Assembly (NCBI GenBank): GCA_963728005.1
Contig: CAVSIG010000005.1
Span: 57,716 to 121,715 of the forward strand
Direction: 5' to 3'
DNA from: an uncultured Microthrixaceae bacterium
GTDB lineage: Bacteria > Actinomycetota > Acidimicrobiia > Acidimicrobiales > DATDAH01
Length of the DNA: 64,000 nucleotides
Part shown: one piece after another, positions 20,277 through 28,189 of the stretch
Layout of the letters: each line of letters begins with the position of its first letter
How positions within the stretch are numbered: the stretch's first letter is position 1
The notes under the pieces: model-generated
The model's input: the letters and a program-made list of their open reading frames with translations, nothing else
What the model was told of the DNA's origin: nothing
Database searches by the model: none
Position numbers and translations under genes: made by a program

Positions 20277-20456
20277 AGAATTGGTTCTCCGGGACTCCGG
20301 CCCGATCAGCCTTCGGCGGATCCACACGGCCATGTCCCTCTTTCGGCGGGAACCGACAGCAGCACGTCCCGCTTCGGCGGGGCGCGCAAGCGGCCAACGG
20401 CGGATGGGGCTCCCCTCCCATCCGCCCTTGGCCCGTGCTGATCCGGCGAAGAAAAA
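20277..20456 (+). ncRNA. Candidate structured non-coding RNA of unknown family
   Basis: Nested stems: CAGCACG/CGTGCTG (20360-66/20434-40), TCCCGC-TTCG-GCGGGG, GC-GCAA-GC, GGCCAA.GGCGGATGGG/CCCATCCGCC.TTGGCC, GATC.GCC-TTC-GGC.GATC and TGTC/GACA; upstream promoter. Confidence 0.55.
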
Positions 20457-20460
20457 GGGC

Positions 20461-20498
20461 TTGACCATGACGCGGGGTCAACCCTGCACCCTGGGGTC
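20461..20498 (+). promoter_or_regulatory. MerR-type promoter/operator for the ABC-2 exporter operon
   Basis: TTGACC -35 forms an inverted repeat with GGTCAA. A long 20-bp spacer leads to CACCCT, with ATG 6 nt later. A MerR gene lies in the same operon. Confidence 0.65.
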
Positions 20499-21275
20499 AT
20501 GACCAACCATCCCGCCATCGCCGCCAGGGGGCTGCGCAAGTCCTACGGCGACCACCTCGTGCTGGACGGCATCGACCTCGAGGTCCCCGTTGGCACCATC
20601 TTCAGCCTCCTCGGGCCCAACGGCGCCGGGAAGACGACCGTCGTGCAGATCCTCTCGACGCTGCTCCGGGCCGATGCCGGTGAGGTGCGCGTCCTCGGCC
20701 ACGACCTCGCGACCGAACCCGACGCGGTCCGCGCCGGGATCGGCGTGACCGGCCAGTTCGCCGCGGTGGACGGGCTGCTCACGGGCCGGGAGAACCTGCG
20801 CCTGATGGCCCGCCTCCACCACCTCGACCGCACGGTCGGCGGGCAGCGGCTGGAGGAGCTCCTCGAGCGGTTCGACCTCTTCGACGCGGCCGACACGCCG
20901 GCGGCGACCTTCTCCGGCGGCATGCGCCGGCGGCTGGACATCGCCATGACGCTCATGGGCTCTCCGCGCCTGCTCTTCCTCGACGAGCCCACCACCGGCC
21001 TCGATCCCCGGAGCCGGCGCGACGTCTGGCTGATCGTCCGGGACCTGGTCGCGGACGGCACCACGGTCTTCCTCACCACCCAGTACCTGGAGGAGGCCGA
21101 TCAGCTCGCCGACCGCGTTGCGCTGCTCGACGAAGGTCGCATCGTGGCCGAGGGCTCGCCCGACGAGCTCAAGCGCTCCGTCCCCGGGAGCGTGGACCTG
21201 GACGACGTCTTCCTCGCCCTCACCGGGCGTTCGCGGGACGACGTGTCCGAACCCGAACTGGAGGTGATCCGATGA
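20499..21275 (+). CDS. ABC transporter ATP-binding protein, DrrA-like
   Basis: GPNGAGKT, FSGGMRRRLDIA, LFLDEPTTGLD, LTTQYLEEAD. Confidence 0.93.
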   Translation: MTNHPAIAARGLRKSYGDHLVLDGIDLEVPVGTIFSLLGPNGAGKTTVVQILSTLLRADAGEVRVLGHDLATEPDAVRAGIGVTGQFAAVDGLLTGRENLRLMARLHHLDRTVGGQRLEELLERFDLFDAADTPAATFSGGMRRRLDIAMTLMGSPRLLFLDEPTTGLDPRSRRDVWLIVRDLVADGTTVFLTTQYLEEADQLADRVALLDEGRIVAEGSPDELKRSVPGSVDLDDVFLALTGRSRDDVSEPELEVIR

Positions 21276-22063
21276 CCGCACTGTCCCTTGCCGTTACCGA
21301 CTCGACCACGATGCTCCAGCGGCGGTTGCTCCACCTCCGCCGCTACCCGTCCCTCACGATCATGCTCATCGGGCAACCGCTCGTGCTCCTCCTGCTGTTC
21401 GTCTACGTCTTCGGCGGCACGTTGGGCGCCGGGATCGAGGGAGCCGGGGCCGGCCGGGCCGAGTACCTGGCCTACATCACGCCGGCGATCCTGGTGATGG
21501 CGGTCGCCAGTGTCGCCCTCGGCACCGCGATCGCCGTCGCCACCGACATGACCGAGGGCATCGTCGCCCGCTTCCGGACGATGGACATCGCCCCGGTCTC
21601 GGTCCTTGCCGGCCACGTGTTGGGCGCCCTCGCCCAGACCGCGCTCGCCCTCGTCGTGACCGGGGGCGTGGCCGTCCTCCTCGGCTTCGACCCCGGCGGC
21701 GACGCTTTCGACCTCCTGGGCGCCGCCGGGGTCCTCATTGCCCTCGGCTTCGCCCTGACCTGGTTGACGGTGGCGATGGGGCTCGCCAGCGGGAGCGTCG
21801 AGACGGCCAGCAACATCCCGATGGTGCTCGTCCTCCTGCCGTTCCTCGGCAGCGGGTTCGTCCCGACGGAGTCCATGCCGACCGGCCTGCGCTGGTTCGC
21901 CGAGCACCAGCCGTTCACCCCCGTCATCGAGTCGGTGCGGGCACTCCTCGCCGGGGAGCCGGCCGGCGGCGACCTGTGGTTCGGGCTGGCGTGGTGTGCG
22001 GTGCTCGCCGCCATCGGCTACTTCTGGTCGAAGCGCCTGTACGACCGAGAGCCGACCGCATGA
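21272..22063 (+). CDS. ABC-2 type permease (DrrB-like)
   Basis: DMTEGIVARFRTM, GSGFVPTESMP, AEHQPFT; several TM segments. Confidence 0.92.
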   Translation: MTALSLAVTDSTTMLQRRLLHLRRYPSLTIMLIGQPLVLLLLFVYVFGGTLGAGIEGAGAGRAEYLAYITPAILVMAVASVALGTAIAVATDMTEGIVARFRTMDIAPVSVLAGHVLGALAQTALALVVTGGVAVLLGFDPGGDAFDLLGAAGVLIALGFALTWLTVAMGLASGSVETASNIPMVLVLLPFLGSGFVPTESMPTGLRWFAEHQPFTPVIESVRALLAGEPAGGDLWFGLAWCAVLAAIGYFWSKRLYDREPTA

Positions 22064-22866
22064 GTTCACCCGACACCAGCGGCCCCGCCCTCCTGACGAT
22101 CAGCGAGCTCGCCCGCTTCGTCGGGGTGACGGTCCGGGCCGTCCGCCACTACCACGCCCGCGGGTTGCTGCCCGAGCCGGAACGGGACGGCTCGGGCTAC
22201 CGGCGGTACGACGCCCAGGCCGTCGTCGACCTGATCCGCATCAAGATCCTGGCCGAAGCCGGCGTCCCACTGGCCCGGGTCGGCGAGCTGCTCGAGGCCG
22301 ATCCGGTGGCGTTCGCGGACGCCGTCGACGACATCGACTGCTCGCTGGCGGATGAGATCGACCGCCTGCAGGAACACCGCAAGCGCATCGCCGAGCTCGC
22401 GGCCGGCGACAGCCTGGCGTTGCCGCCGGTGGGGCTCGCCTTGCTGGCTCGCCTCCGCGAGATCGGGGTCTCCGAGCGAGCGATCACGATGGAGCGCGAC
22501 GGCTGGATCATGGTGGTGGCGGCCCACTCGCCCGACGACGTCTTCGAATGGATCACCCAGAAGCTGGCCGAGTTCGAGGACGAAGAGTTCCGCGAGGTGT
22601 ACCGAGCCTTCGACGAGGCCTTCGACTGGGATCCGGATGACCCCCGCCTCGAGCAGCTCGCCGACACCCTCGTCGCCTTCATGCGTCGCCGGGCCGAGGA
22701 GGACGCCGCGTCCCTGGCTGACGAGGAGGCGTTCGACCAGCACCTCGTGGCCCTCATCGACGCCCAGACGACCACGGCGTCACCGGCGTGGAGCCGCCTG
22801 ACCACACTGTTGGAGCGACGAGGTTGGTCGGGCTGGTCGAGGCTCGACCCGCCCGAGGACACCTGA
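22060..22866 (+). CDS. MerR family transcriptional regulator
   Basis: LTISELARFVGVTVRAVRHYHARGLL...GYRRY; ATGA overlap. Confidence 0.92.
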   Translation: MSSPDTSGPALLTISELARFVGVTVRAVRHYHARGLLPEPERDGSGYRRYDAQAVVDLIRIKILAEAGVPLARVGELLEADPVAFADAVDDIDCSLADEIDRLQEHRKRIAELAAGDSLALPPVGLALLARLREIGVSERAITMERDGWIMVVAAHSPDDVFEWITQKLAEFEDEEFREVYRAFDEAFDWDPDDPRLEQLADTLVAFMRRRAEEDAASLADEEAFDQHLVALIDAQTTTASPAWSRLTTLLERRGWSGWSRLDPPEDT

Positions 22867-22868
22867 GG

Positions 22869-23489
22869 TCAGCGGTCGGTCATGTCTCCCGTCTCGGGTG
22901 TGCCATCGGCGAGCCCATAGCGCAGGAACACGACGCCCGTCGGACTGGCGATCGGCGGTTCGAGGAGCGTGACGTTCGTGGGCACCGCGCCACCGTCGAA
23001 CACCGTTTTCCCGACGCCGAGCACGATCGGGTGCACCCAGAGATCGAGACGGTCGAAGAGCTTCTCGCGCAGCAGGGTCTGCACCAGGTTCAGGCTCCCG
23101 ACGACCTTCACGTGCTCGTGCCGGTCGCGGATCTCCCGCACGGCACCGGCCAGATCCGAGCCGAGCTGGGTGGACCCGGCCCACGAGAGCTCGGGCCTGC
23201 CGCGGGAGGCCACGTACTTCGGGACGCTGTTGAAGAGCGTGGCGATCTCGTTGTCCTCGCCCCCCTCCTGGTGCGGCCAGTAGGCGGCGAAGATGTCATA
23301 CGTCCGCCGGCCGAGCAGGAGGGCGTCCGTGCCCTCGTACGCGGCACCGACCTGCGCCCCGGCGACCTCGTCCAGCAGGGGCGCCTGCCAGCCGCCGAAC
23401 GGGAACCCCACCGGGTCCTCGTCGGGGCCGCCGGGCGCCTGCCCGACGAGGTCGAGGGTTGCGAACATCTCGATGTGGATGAGGCCCAT
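22869..23489 (-). CDS. Dihydrofolate reductase family protein (RibD C-terminal-like)
   Basis: FATLDLVGQAPGG, LLLGRRTYDIF, PKYVAS, VVGS, HPIVLGVGK. Confidence 0.9.
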   Translation of the reverse strand: MGLIHIEMFATLDLVGQAPGGPDEDPVGFPFGGWQAPLLDEVAGAQVGAAYEGTDALLLGRRTYDIFAAYWPHQEGGEDNEIATLFNSVPKYVASRGRPELSWAGSTQLGSDLAGAVREIRDRHEHVKVVGSLNLVQTLLREKLFDRLDLWVHPIVLGVGKTVFDGGAVPTNVTLLEPPIASPTGVVFLRYGLADGTPETGDMTDR

Positions 23490-23526
23490 GCCTTGCTCCA
23501 ATGAGTCGGTTGTCTCGGTCGAGAGG

Positions 23527-23555
23527 TAGACCCGTGGGCGCCGGCAGACTCATCG
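23527..23555 (-). promoter_or_regulatory. ECF sigma (SigG/ECF56-like) promoter upstream of the DHFR-like gene
   Basis: Minus strand reads CGATGA-N18-GTCTA, resembling the mycobacterial SigG consensus CGATGA-N18-GTC. Confidence 0.55.
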
Positions 23556-24689
23556 CTGCTCGGGAGGCGCTTCACCGTCAGGGCTGAGGTTGCCCGGGTC
23601 GCCCGAGGCGAGCCGTGGCGCGTAGTGGTCGAAGAACACCCGGGCGACGAGCTCGCCGCGCGTCCGCACGCCGACCTTGTCGAAGATGGACTTCAGGTGG
23701 TCCTGCACCGTGTAGGCGGACAGGTGGAGCTGGTCGGCGATCTCCGTCGTGGACAAGCCACGGGCGACGAGCTCGGTCACGGCCCGCTCCCGCGACGTGA
23801 GGTCGTACGCCTCGGCGATCATCGGCGCGAGGTGGTGGGCGTGAGCCGGCTCGAGGATCACGGCGGCCCGCGAGTCGGGACCGTCGCCGATGACCGATCC
23901 GCGGGCCAGCAGCCAACGCCCGGATGCCGTCCGGATGCGCGCCGTTGCCGCCGGCCCGCTCGAGCGACCGGTGGCGGCGGTCCGTGCCCGGTGGGCCACC
24001 GCCGCGATCAGGGTCGGTGGTTCGTCGTCAGGTCGACCGCCGTTCGTCAGCTCGGCCAGCCATCGGCGTGCGCCGGCATCAGCCATCTCGATCGAGCCGT
24101 CGGGAGCCAACAGGACCACGCCCGGAACGGTGTCGTCGGTCTCGTCGACCTTGGTTGGCGGATCCGTGAGCAGGACTGCGCGCACGAGTCCCTCCACGAG
24201 ATCCGGCCCCAGAGACGCGAGGAGGGCCGCGTCTCGGGGTTCGAAGGGCGGCCGCCCCGCCTCCCGTAGCAGGGTGATGCCGCCCCACGTCTCGGAACCG
24301 CTCACCAGCGCGGCGCGCAGCTCATCGCCGAACCCGGCGGGCCGCTTGAGCTCGCGATGCCGCAGGCTTCGATCGAGCGCGCCGTCCGTCGCTTCGCTGA
24401 GGCTCGCGGCCGGCCGTGGCGCTCGCGCCAGGTCGGTGAACTTGTTGAAGTCCGGCTCCCCGATCTCGATTTCCGCCATCCGCGGCACCGTCGCGGGCGG
24501 GAGGCCGTTCTCGACGATCTCCCCGGTCGGCAGGAGCGTGGCCGGGTCGAAGAGCAGCAGGCAGACGCCGTCGAAGGGCACCAGGCGGCCGACGAGATGA
24601 GCGGCCGCGAGCGCGTAGTCGCCGACGACCAGCCCTCGGTGGCCGAGCCCGAGGATGTCACTGCGCAGACGGTCCGGTGAGATGACCAT
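23550..24689 (-). CDS. LuxR-type HTH transcriptional regulator with GAF-like N-terminus
   Basis: C-terminal LTSRERAV...GLST.EIA.QLHLSAYTVQDHLKSIFDKVG; N-terminal DPATLLPT, GFGDELR; GAGGAG RBS upstream. Confidence 0.88.
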   Translation of the reverse strand: MVISPDRLRSDILGLGHRGLVVGDYALAAAHLVGRLVPFDGVCLLLFDPATLLPTGEIVENGLPPATVPRMAEIEIGEPDFNKFTDLARAPRPAASLSEATDGALDRSLRHRELKRPAGFGDELRAALVSGSETWGGITLLREAGRPPFEPRDAALLASLGPDLVEGLVRAVLLTDPPTKVDETDDTVPGVVLLAPDGSIEMADAGARRWLAELTNGGRPDDEPPTLIAAVAHRARTAATGRSSGPAATARIRTASGRWLLARGSVIGDGPDSRAAVILEPAHAHHLAPMIAEAYDLTSRERAVTELVARGLSTTEIADQLHLSAYTVQDHLKSIFDKVGVRTRGELVARVFFDHYAPRLASGDPGNLSPDGEAPPEQR

Positions 24690-24726
24690 CACCAGTCGCT
24701 CCTCACGCGCCCGCCCTCGAAAACTA

Positions 24727-24740
24727 CCCAGGATCCTGGG
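24727..24740. promoter_or_regulatory. Palindromic operator candidate between divergent LuxR and FAD oxidoreductase genes
   Basis: Perfect 14-bp palindrome CCCAGGATCCTGGG. Confidence 0.5.
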
Positions 24741-24804
24741 ATGTCGGCGCGGCGACCCCGTCTCTACGTTCGACAACGAGAGAGCGTGACGAGAGGAGAC
24801 ACCG

Positions 24805-26184
24805 ATGGCCGTGACCCAGGGTTCATCGACCGAATGGCTCGAAGGGCGCCTCATCGTGCCGGGCGACCGCGAGTACGACGCGGCGCGGGCGACGTGGAAC
24901 GGACGCTTCGACCCGCACCCGGCGCTCGTCGTCCGCGTCGCGGGAACGACTGACGTGGTCGGCGCCATCGACTTCGCCCAGAGGTCGGGCTTGCCGATCT
25001 CGGTGCGCGGCGGTTCCTACAACGTCGCCGGCAAGTCCGTGGTCGACGACGGGCTCGTCATCGACTTCTCGGAGATGACGGGGATCCGCGTCGACGTCGG
25101 GGCGCGCCGCGCCCGGGTGCAGCCCGGGGTGCGCAGTGGCGATCTGCTCCGCACCCTCGAGGAGCACGGTCTCGCCGTCCCCGTCGGACGGGTGTCGCAG
25201 GTCGGGGTGTCCGGTCTCGCGCTCGGCGGTGGCATCGGGTTCCTCCTGGGAACGCGTGGGCTGACGCTCGACAACATCGTCTCGTTCGAAGTCGTGACGG
25301 CCGACGGCCGGGTCCTGCGGGCCGCGGCGGACGAGAACCAGGATCTGTTCTGGGCCCTCCGAGGCGGTGGCGGCAACGTCGGCGCCGTCACCGAGTTCGA
25401 GCTCCAACTCCATGAGCAGGGTCCGGTCGTCGCGGGACGGATCGTCCATCCGGCGACGGCGGCGACCGACCTGCTCGGGTTCTATCGACGGTTCGCCGCT
25501 GCCGCTCCGGATGAGCTGACCGTCAGCGCTGCCTTCGTGCACACACCGGACGGGCATCCGGTGGTCGTGGTGGTGCCGGTCTATTCGGGTGCTGACCTGG
25601 CGGAGGGCGAGCGGCTCATGCGCCCGCTGCGCGACTTCGGCACACCCATGGCCGACACCATCGGCCCGATGCGGTACTCCGAAGCCAGCGCGATGATGGA
25701 TGAATCGGGCCGCCCCGGGCGCCGCAACCACTGGCAGTCGGGCTTCATCCCTGAGCTCGACGACGGTGCCATCGACGCGCTGGCGAGCGGCTACCGCCGC
25801 GTCCCCTCACCGCGAACGCTCGTGCTGATCGACTACCTGCACGGCGCGGCGACCCGGGTCGCACCGACCGCGACGGCATTCCCGCACCGAGGTGTCGGCT
25901 TCAACCTGATCGTGGCGTCGGGCTGGGACGACCCCGCCGACGACGCCCGAAACGTCGACTGGACCGACGAGGTGTGGGCACCGTTGCGCCAGCGCTCCAC
26001 CGGCGTGTACGTCAACACCCTCGGGAGCGACGGTGATCGGTACGTGCGCGACGCGTACGGCCCGAACTACGACCGCCTGGCCGGGATCAAGGCGAAGTAC
26101 GACCCGGCGAACGTCTTCCGCATGAACCAGAACATCGAGCCTCGACAGGCGAGTGCCTCACCGAGGATCAGCGGCGATCGGTGA
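24805..26184 (+). CDS. FAD-binding oxidoreductase, VAO/BBE family
   Basis: VGVSGLALGGG, DLFWALRGGGGN.G.VT, YVN, KAKYDPANVF. Confidence 0.92.
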   Translation: MAVTQGSSTEWLEGRLIVPGDREYDAARATWNGRFDPHPALVVRVAGTTDVVGAIDFAQRSGLPISVRGGSYNVAGKSVVDDGLVIDFSEMTGIRVDVGARRARVQPGVRSGDLLRTLEEHGLAVPVGRVSQVGVSGLALGGGIGFLLGTRGLTLDNIVSFEVVTADGRVLRAAADENQDLFWALRGGGGNVGAVTEFELQLHEQGPVVAGRIVHPATAATDLLGFYRRFAAAAPDELTVSAAFVHTPDGHPVVVVVPVYSGADLAEGERLMRPLRDFGTPMADTIGPMRYSEASAMMDESGRPGRRNHWQSGFIPELDDGAIDALASGYRRVPSPRTLVLIDYLHGAATRVAPTATAFPHRGVGFNLIVASGWDDPADDARNVDWTDEVWAPLRQRSTGVYVNTLGSDGDRYVRDAYGPNYDRLAGIKAKYDPANVFRMNQNIEPRQASASPRISGDR

Positions 26185-26434
26185 CGGTGCGCACGACGTC
26201 GGTGCGTTGGGCGTTGGTGTTCGGAACCTGTCACTGCGTAGGGATGACGTCTGAGCACCCCCAAGCACTTCCGATTGGAACCCGGTCCGGGCGTGGCTGG
26301 AGGGTGTGGACAGCCTCCGAACGCAGCATGAACCGGCCCTGATGACCGAGCCGGCCACCCTCGACGAGCGCCGGTCACGCAGGAGACCTCGGTGATTTCG
26401 ACGACCAGCTCGACCTCATCCCGTGGTCGAAGGG

Positions 26435-26938
26435 TCAGGGCACCTCGTTGATGAAATGGCCGCACTCGTCCTGCACGGCTTGGTCGACAGCGGCGACGGT
26501 GTCGGTGATCTCGGCGACGACCTCGGCGCCCTCGCCGGACTGGTACTCGGGACGGCCGGTTCCCAGGCTGATCTCGTAGTCCCGCTCGGCGCCATACTCC
26601 GCGTAGCGCTGCATGGCGTCATCGAAGGCTTGGGCGTCCTCGGTGACGTCCTCCGGAGCGGTCTCGACGAGGTCCTCGGTGGCCTGGGTAATAGCCGTCA
26701 GTCGCTCTTCGACGCCCTCGGGGGTCGACTCCTCGGCCGCCCCGCTCTGTGCGATCGCGAAGTCTTCGGCGGCGGCGCAGAACGCCTCCTGGTTGAAAGG
26801 ATCTTCCTCCGTGTCGGCCGGTGCACTCGCCGAGCTTGTCGACGACCCGCCTTCATCGCTGTCATCGCTGCCGCAACCGGCGAGGACAAACAGCGCAACG
26901 AGCGCAAGGACAAGCGGGCGAAGGCGGCTTGGCCCCAT
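26435..26938 (-). CDS. Hypothetical lipoprotein
   Basis: Signal peptide with LAGC lipobox, Ser-rich linker, acidic helical domain with two Cys. Confidence 0.7.
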   Translation of the reverse strand: MGPSRLRPLVLALVALFVLAGCGSDDSDEGGSSTSSASAPADTEEDPFNQEAFCAAAEDFAIAQSGAAEESTPEGVEERLTAITQATEDLVETAPEDVTEDAQAFDDAMQRYAEYGAERDYEISLGTGRPEYQSGEGAEVVAEITDTVAAVDQAVQDECGHFINEVP

Positions 26939-27133
26939 CCGGCAAACCTAGCGACGCCGTCCTTCCGACCTGCCCCCAACTCGATGAGTTGGCCCCGTGC
27001 GAGCGCATCGCGATCGGTTCGGTGGGCAGGGCTACCGTCCGACAGCGCGGCGTAGAGGCGGTCGTTCTGTCGACCTCATCGAGTACGCGCCGGAAGTCCT
27101 CGGCAGCCGCATCGACGACCCGGAGAGACGAAC

Positions 27134-28024
27134 ATGAGTCAGGAGCTGTTCGACGCCACCAAGCGGTGGGGCCGGTGGGGTGACGACGACGACCGCGGCG
27201 CCCTCAACCTGCTCACGCCCGAGCGCGTCGCCAGGGCCGCGACGCTCGTGCGGGACGGCCTCACCGTCCCTTGCGGCCGACCGCTCGCCACGGCACCCGC
27301 CGTCGACAACCCCAACCCGGCGCTGCACCACATGATCCACGCCGGCGACATGGCCGCCGGATCGAAGGGCTTCGAGTGGTCGGGCGACTTCGTCGGGGTC
27401 GCCTTCCACGGCAACAACGTCAGCCACATCGACGCGCTGTGCCACGTGTTCGTCGACGGCCAGATGTACAACGGCGCGCCCGCCACCGAGGTCACCAGCG
27501 TCGGCGCCAAGCGCAGCTCGATCGAGGCCGCCAACGCCGGCATCGTCGGCCGGGGCGTGCTGCTCGACATCCCCCGGGTCCGAGACGTTGACTGGCTCGA
27601 GCCCGGCGACGTCATCACCCCCGACGAGCTCGACGCCACCGGCGTCACCGTCGAGCAGGGCGACATCGTCCTCGTCCACATCGGCCGCGACCGCAGGCGG
27701 GATGCCCTGGGTCCGTGGAACACCTACGCCGGACTCGCCGGGCTGGCGCCCGAGTGCGCCCGGTGGCTCTACGACAAGGACCCGTCCGTGCTCGGTAGCG
27801 ACGGCGTCTCCGACGTGAACCCCGGACCGGGCGGCGAGTGGCCCATCCCCATCCACATGTGCGCCCTCGTCGGGATGGGCATCCACCTGCTCGACAACCT
27901 GCGCCTCGACCTGCTGTCCGACGCCTGCGCCGAGCGCGACCGCTGGGAGTTCCTGTTCGTCGTGGCCCCGCTACAGATCGGTGGCGGCACCGGCTCGCCC
28001 GTCAACCCGATCGCAATCCTGTGA
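27134..28024 (+). CDS. Cyclase family protein (kynurenine formamidase-like)
   Basis: WGRWGDDD.RGALN, HGNNVSHIDAL.H, GRGVLLD, GGTGSPVNPIA. Confidence 0.9.
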   Translation: MSQELFDATKRWGRWGDDDDRGALNLLTPERVARAATLVRDGLTVPCGRPLATAPAVDNPNPALHHMIHAGDMAAGSKGFEWSGDFVGVAFHGNNVSHIDALCHVFVDGQMYNGAPATEVTSVGAKRSSIEAANAGIVGRGVLLDIPRVRDVDWLEPGDVITPDELDATGVTVEQGDIVLVHIGRDRRRDALGPWNTYAGLAGLAPECARWLYDKDPSVLGSDGVSDVNPGPGGEWPIPIHMCALVGMGIHLLDNLRLDLLSDACAERDRWEFLFVVAPLQIGGGTGSPVNPIAIL

Positions 28025-28059
28025 TCTTCGACCGCTTCGACGCGGCGGCCCCGCATCGG

Positions 28060-28132
28060 CACCCCCAACGGGATTCGAACCCGTGTTACCAGCTTGAAAG
28101 GCTGGCGTCCTAGGCCGCTGGACGATGGGGGC
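28060..28132 (-). tRNA. tRNA-Glu(TTC), CCA not encoded
   Basis: GCCCCCATCGTCCAGCGGCCTAGGACGCCAGCCTTTCAAGCTGGTAACACGGGTTCGAATCCCGTTGGGGGTG cloverleaf. Confidence 0.96.
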
Positions 28133-28189
28133 CTGGCCCCATCGGGGCCGGACGGTGAGGCTACCGGCGAGCGCCAGTAGCTTTCCGGC

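Larger units (their letters stand above)
19903..28077. mobile_element. Putative degenerate tRNA-Glu-anchored genomic islet (no integrase retained)
   Basis: CAACGGGATTCG at 19912-19923 duplicates the tRNA-Glu 3' region (28066-28077) in the same orientation and on the tRNA's 3' side. The adjacent sequence is AT-richer and the cargo genes are accessory. Confidence 0.45.

Noticed and set aside
20277-20456. Retron msr-msd, bridge RNA or OMEGA RNA identity for the structured element
   Set aside because: No reverse transcriptase, IS110 recombinase, TnpB or IscB gene in the window
26339-26375. CTGATGA resembling a hammerhead ribozyme core
   Set aside because: No GAAA after a plausible stem II and no stem I/III arrangement
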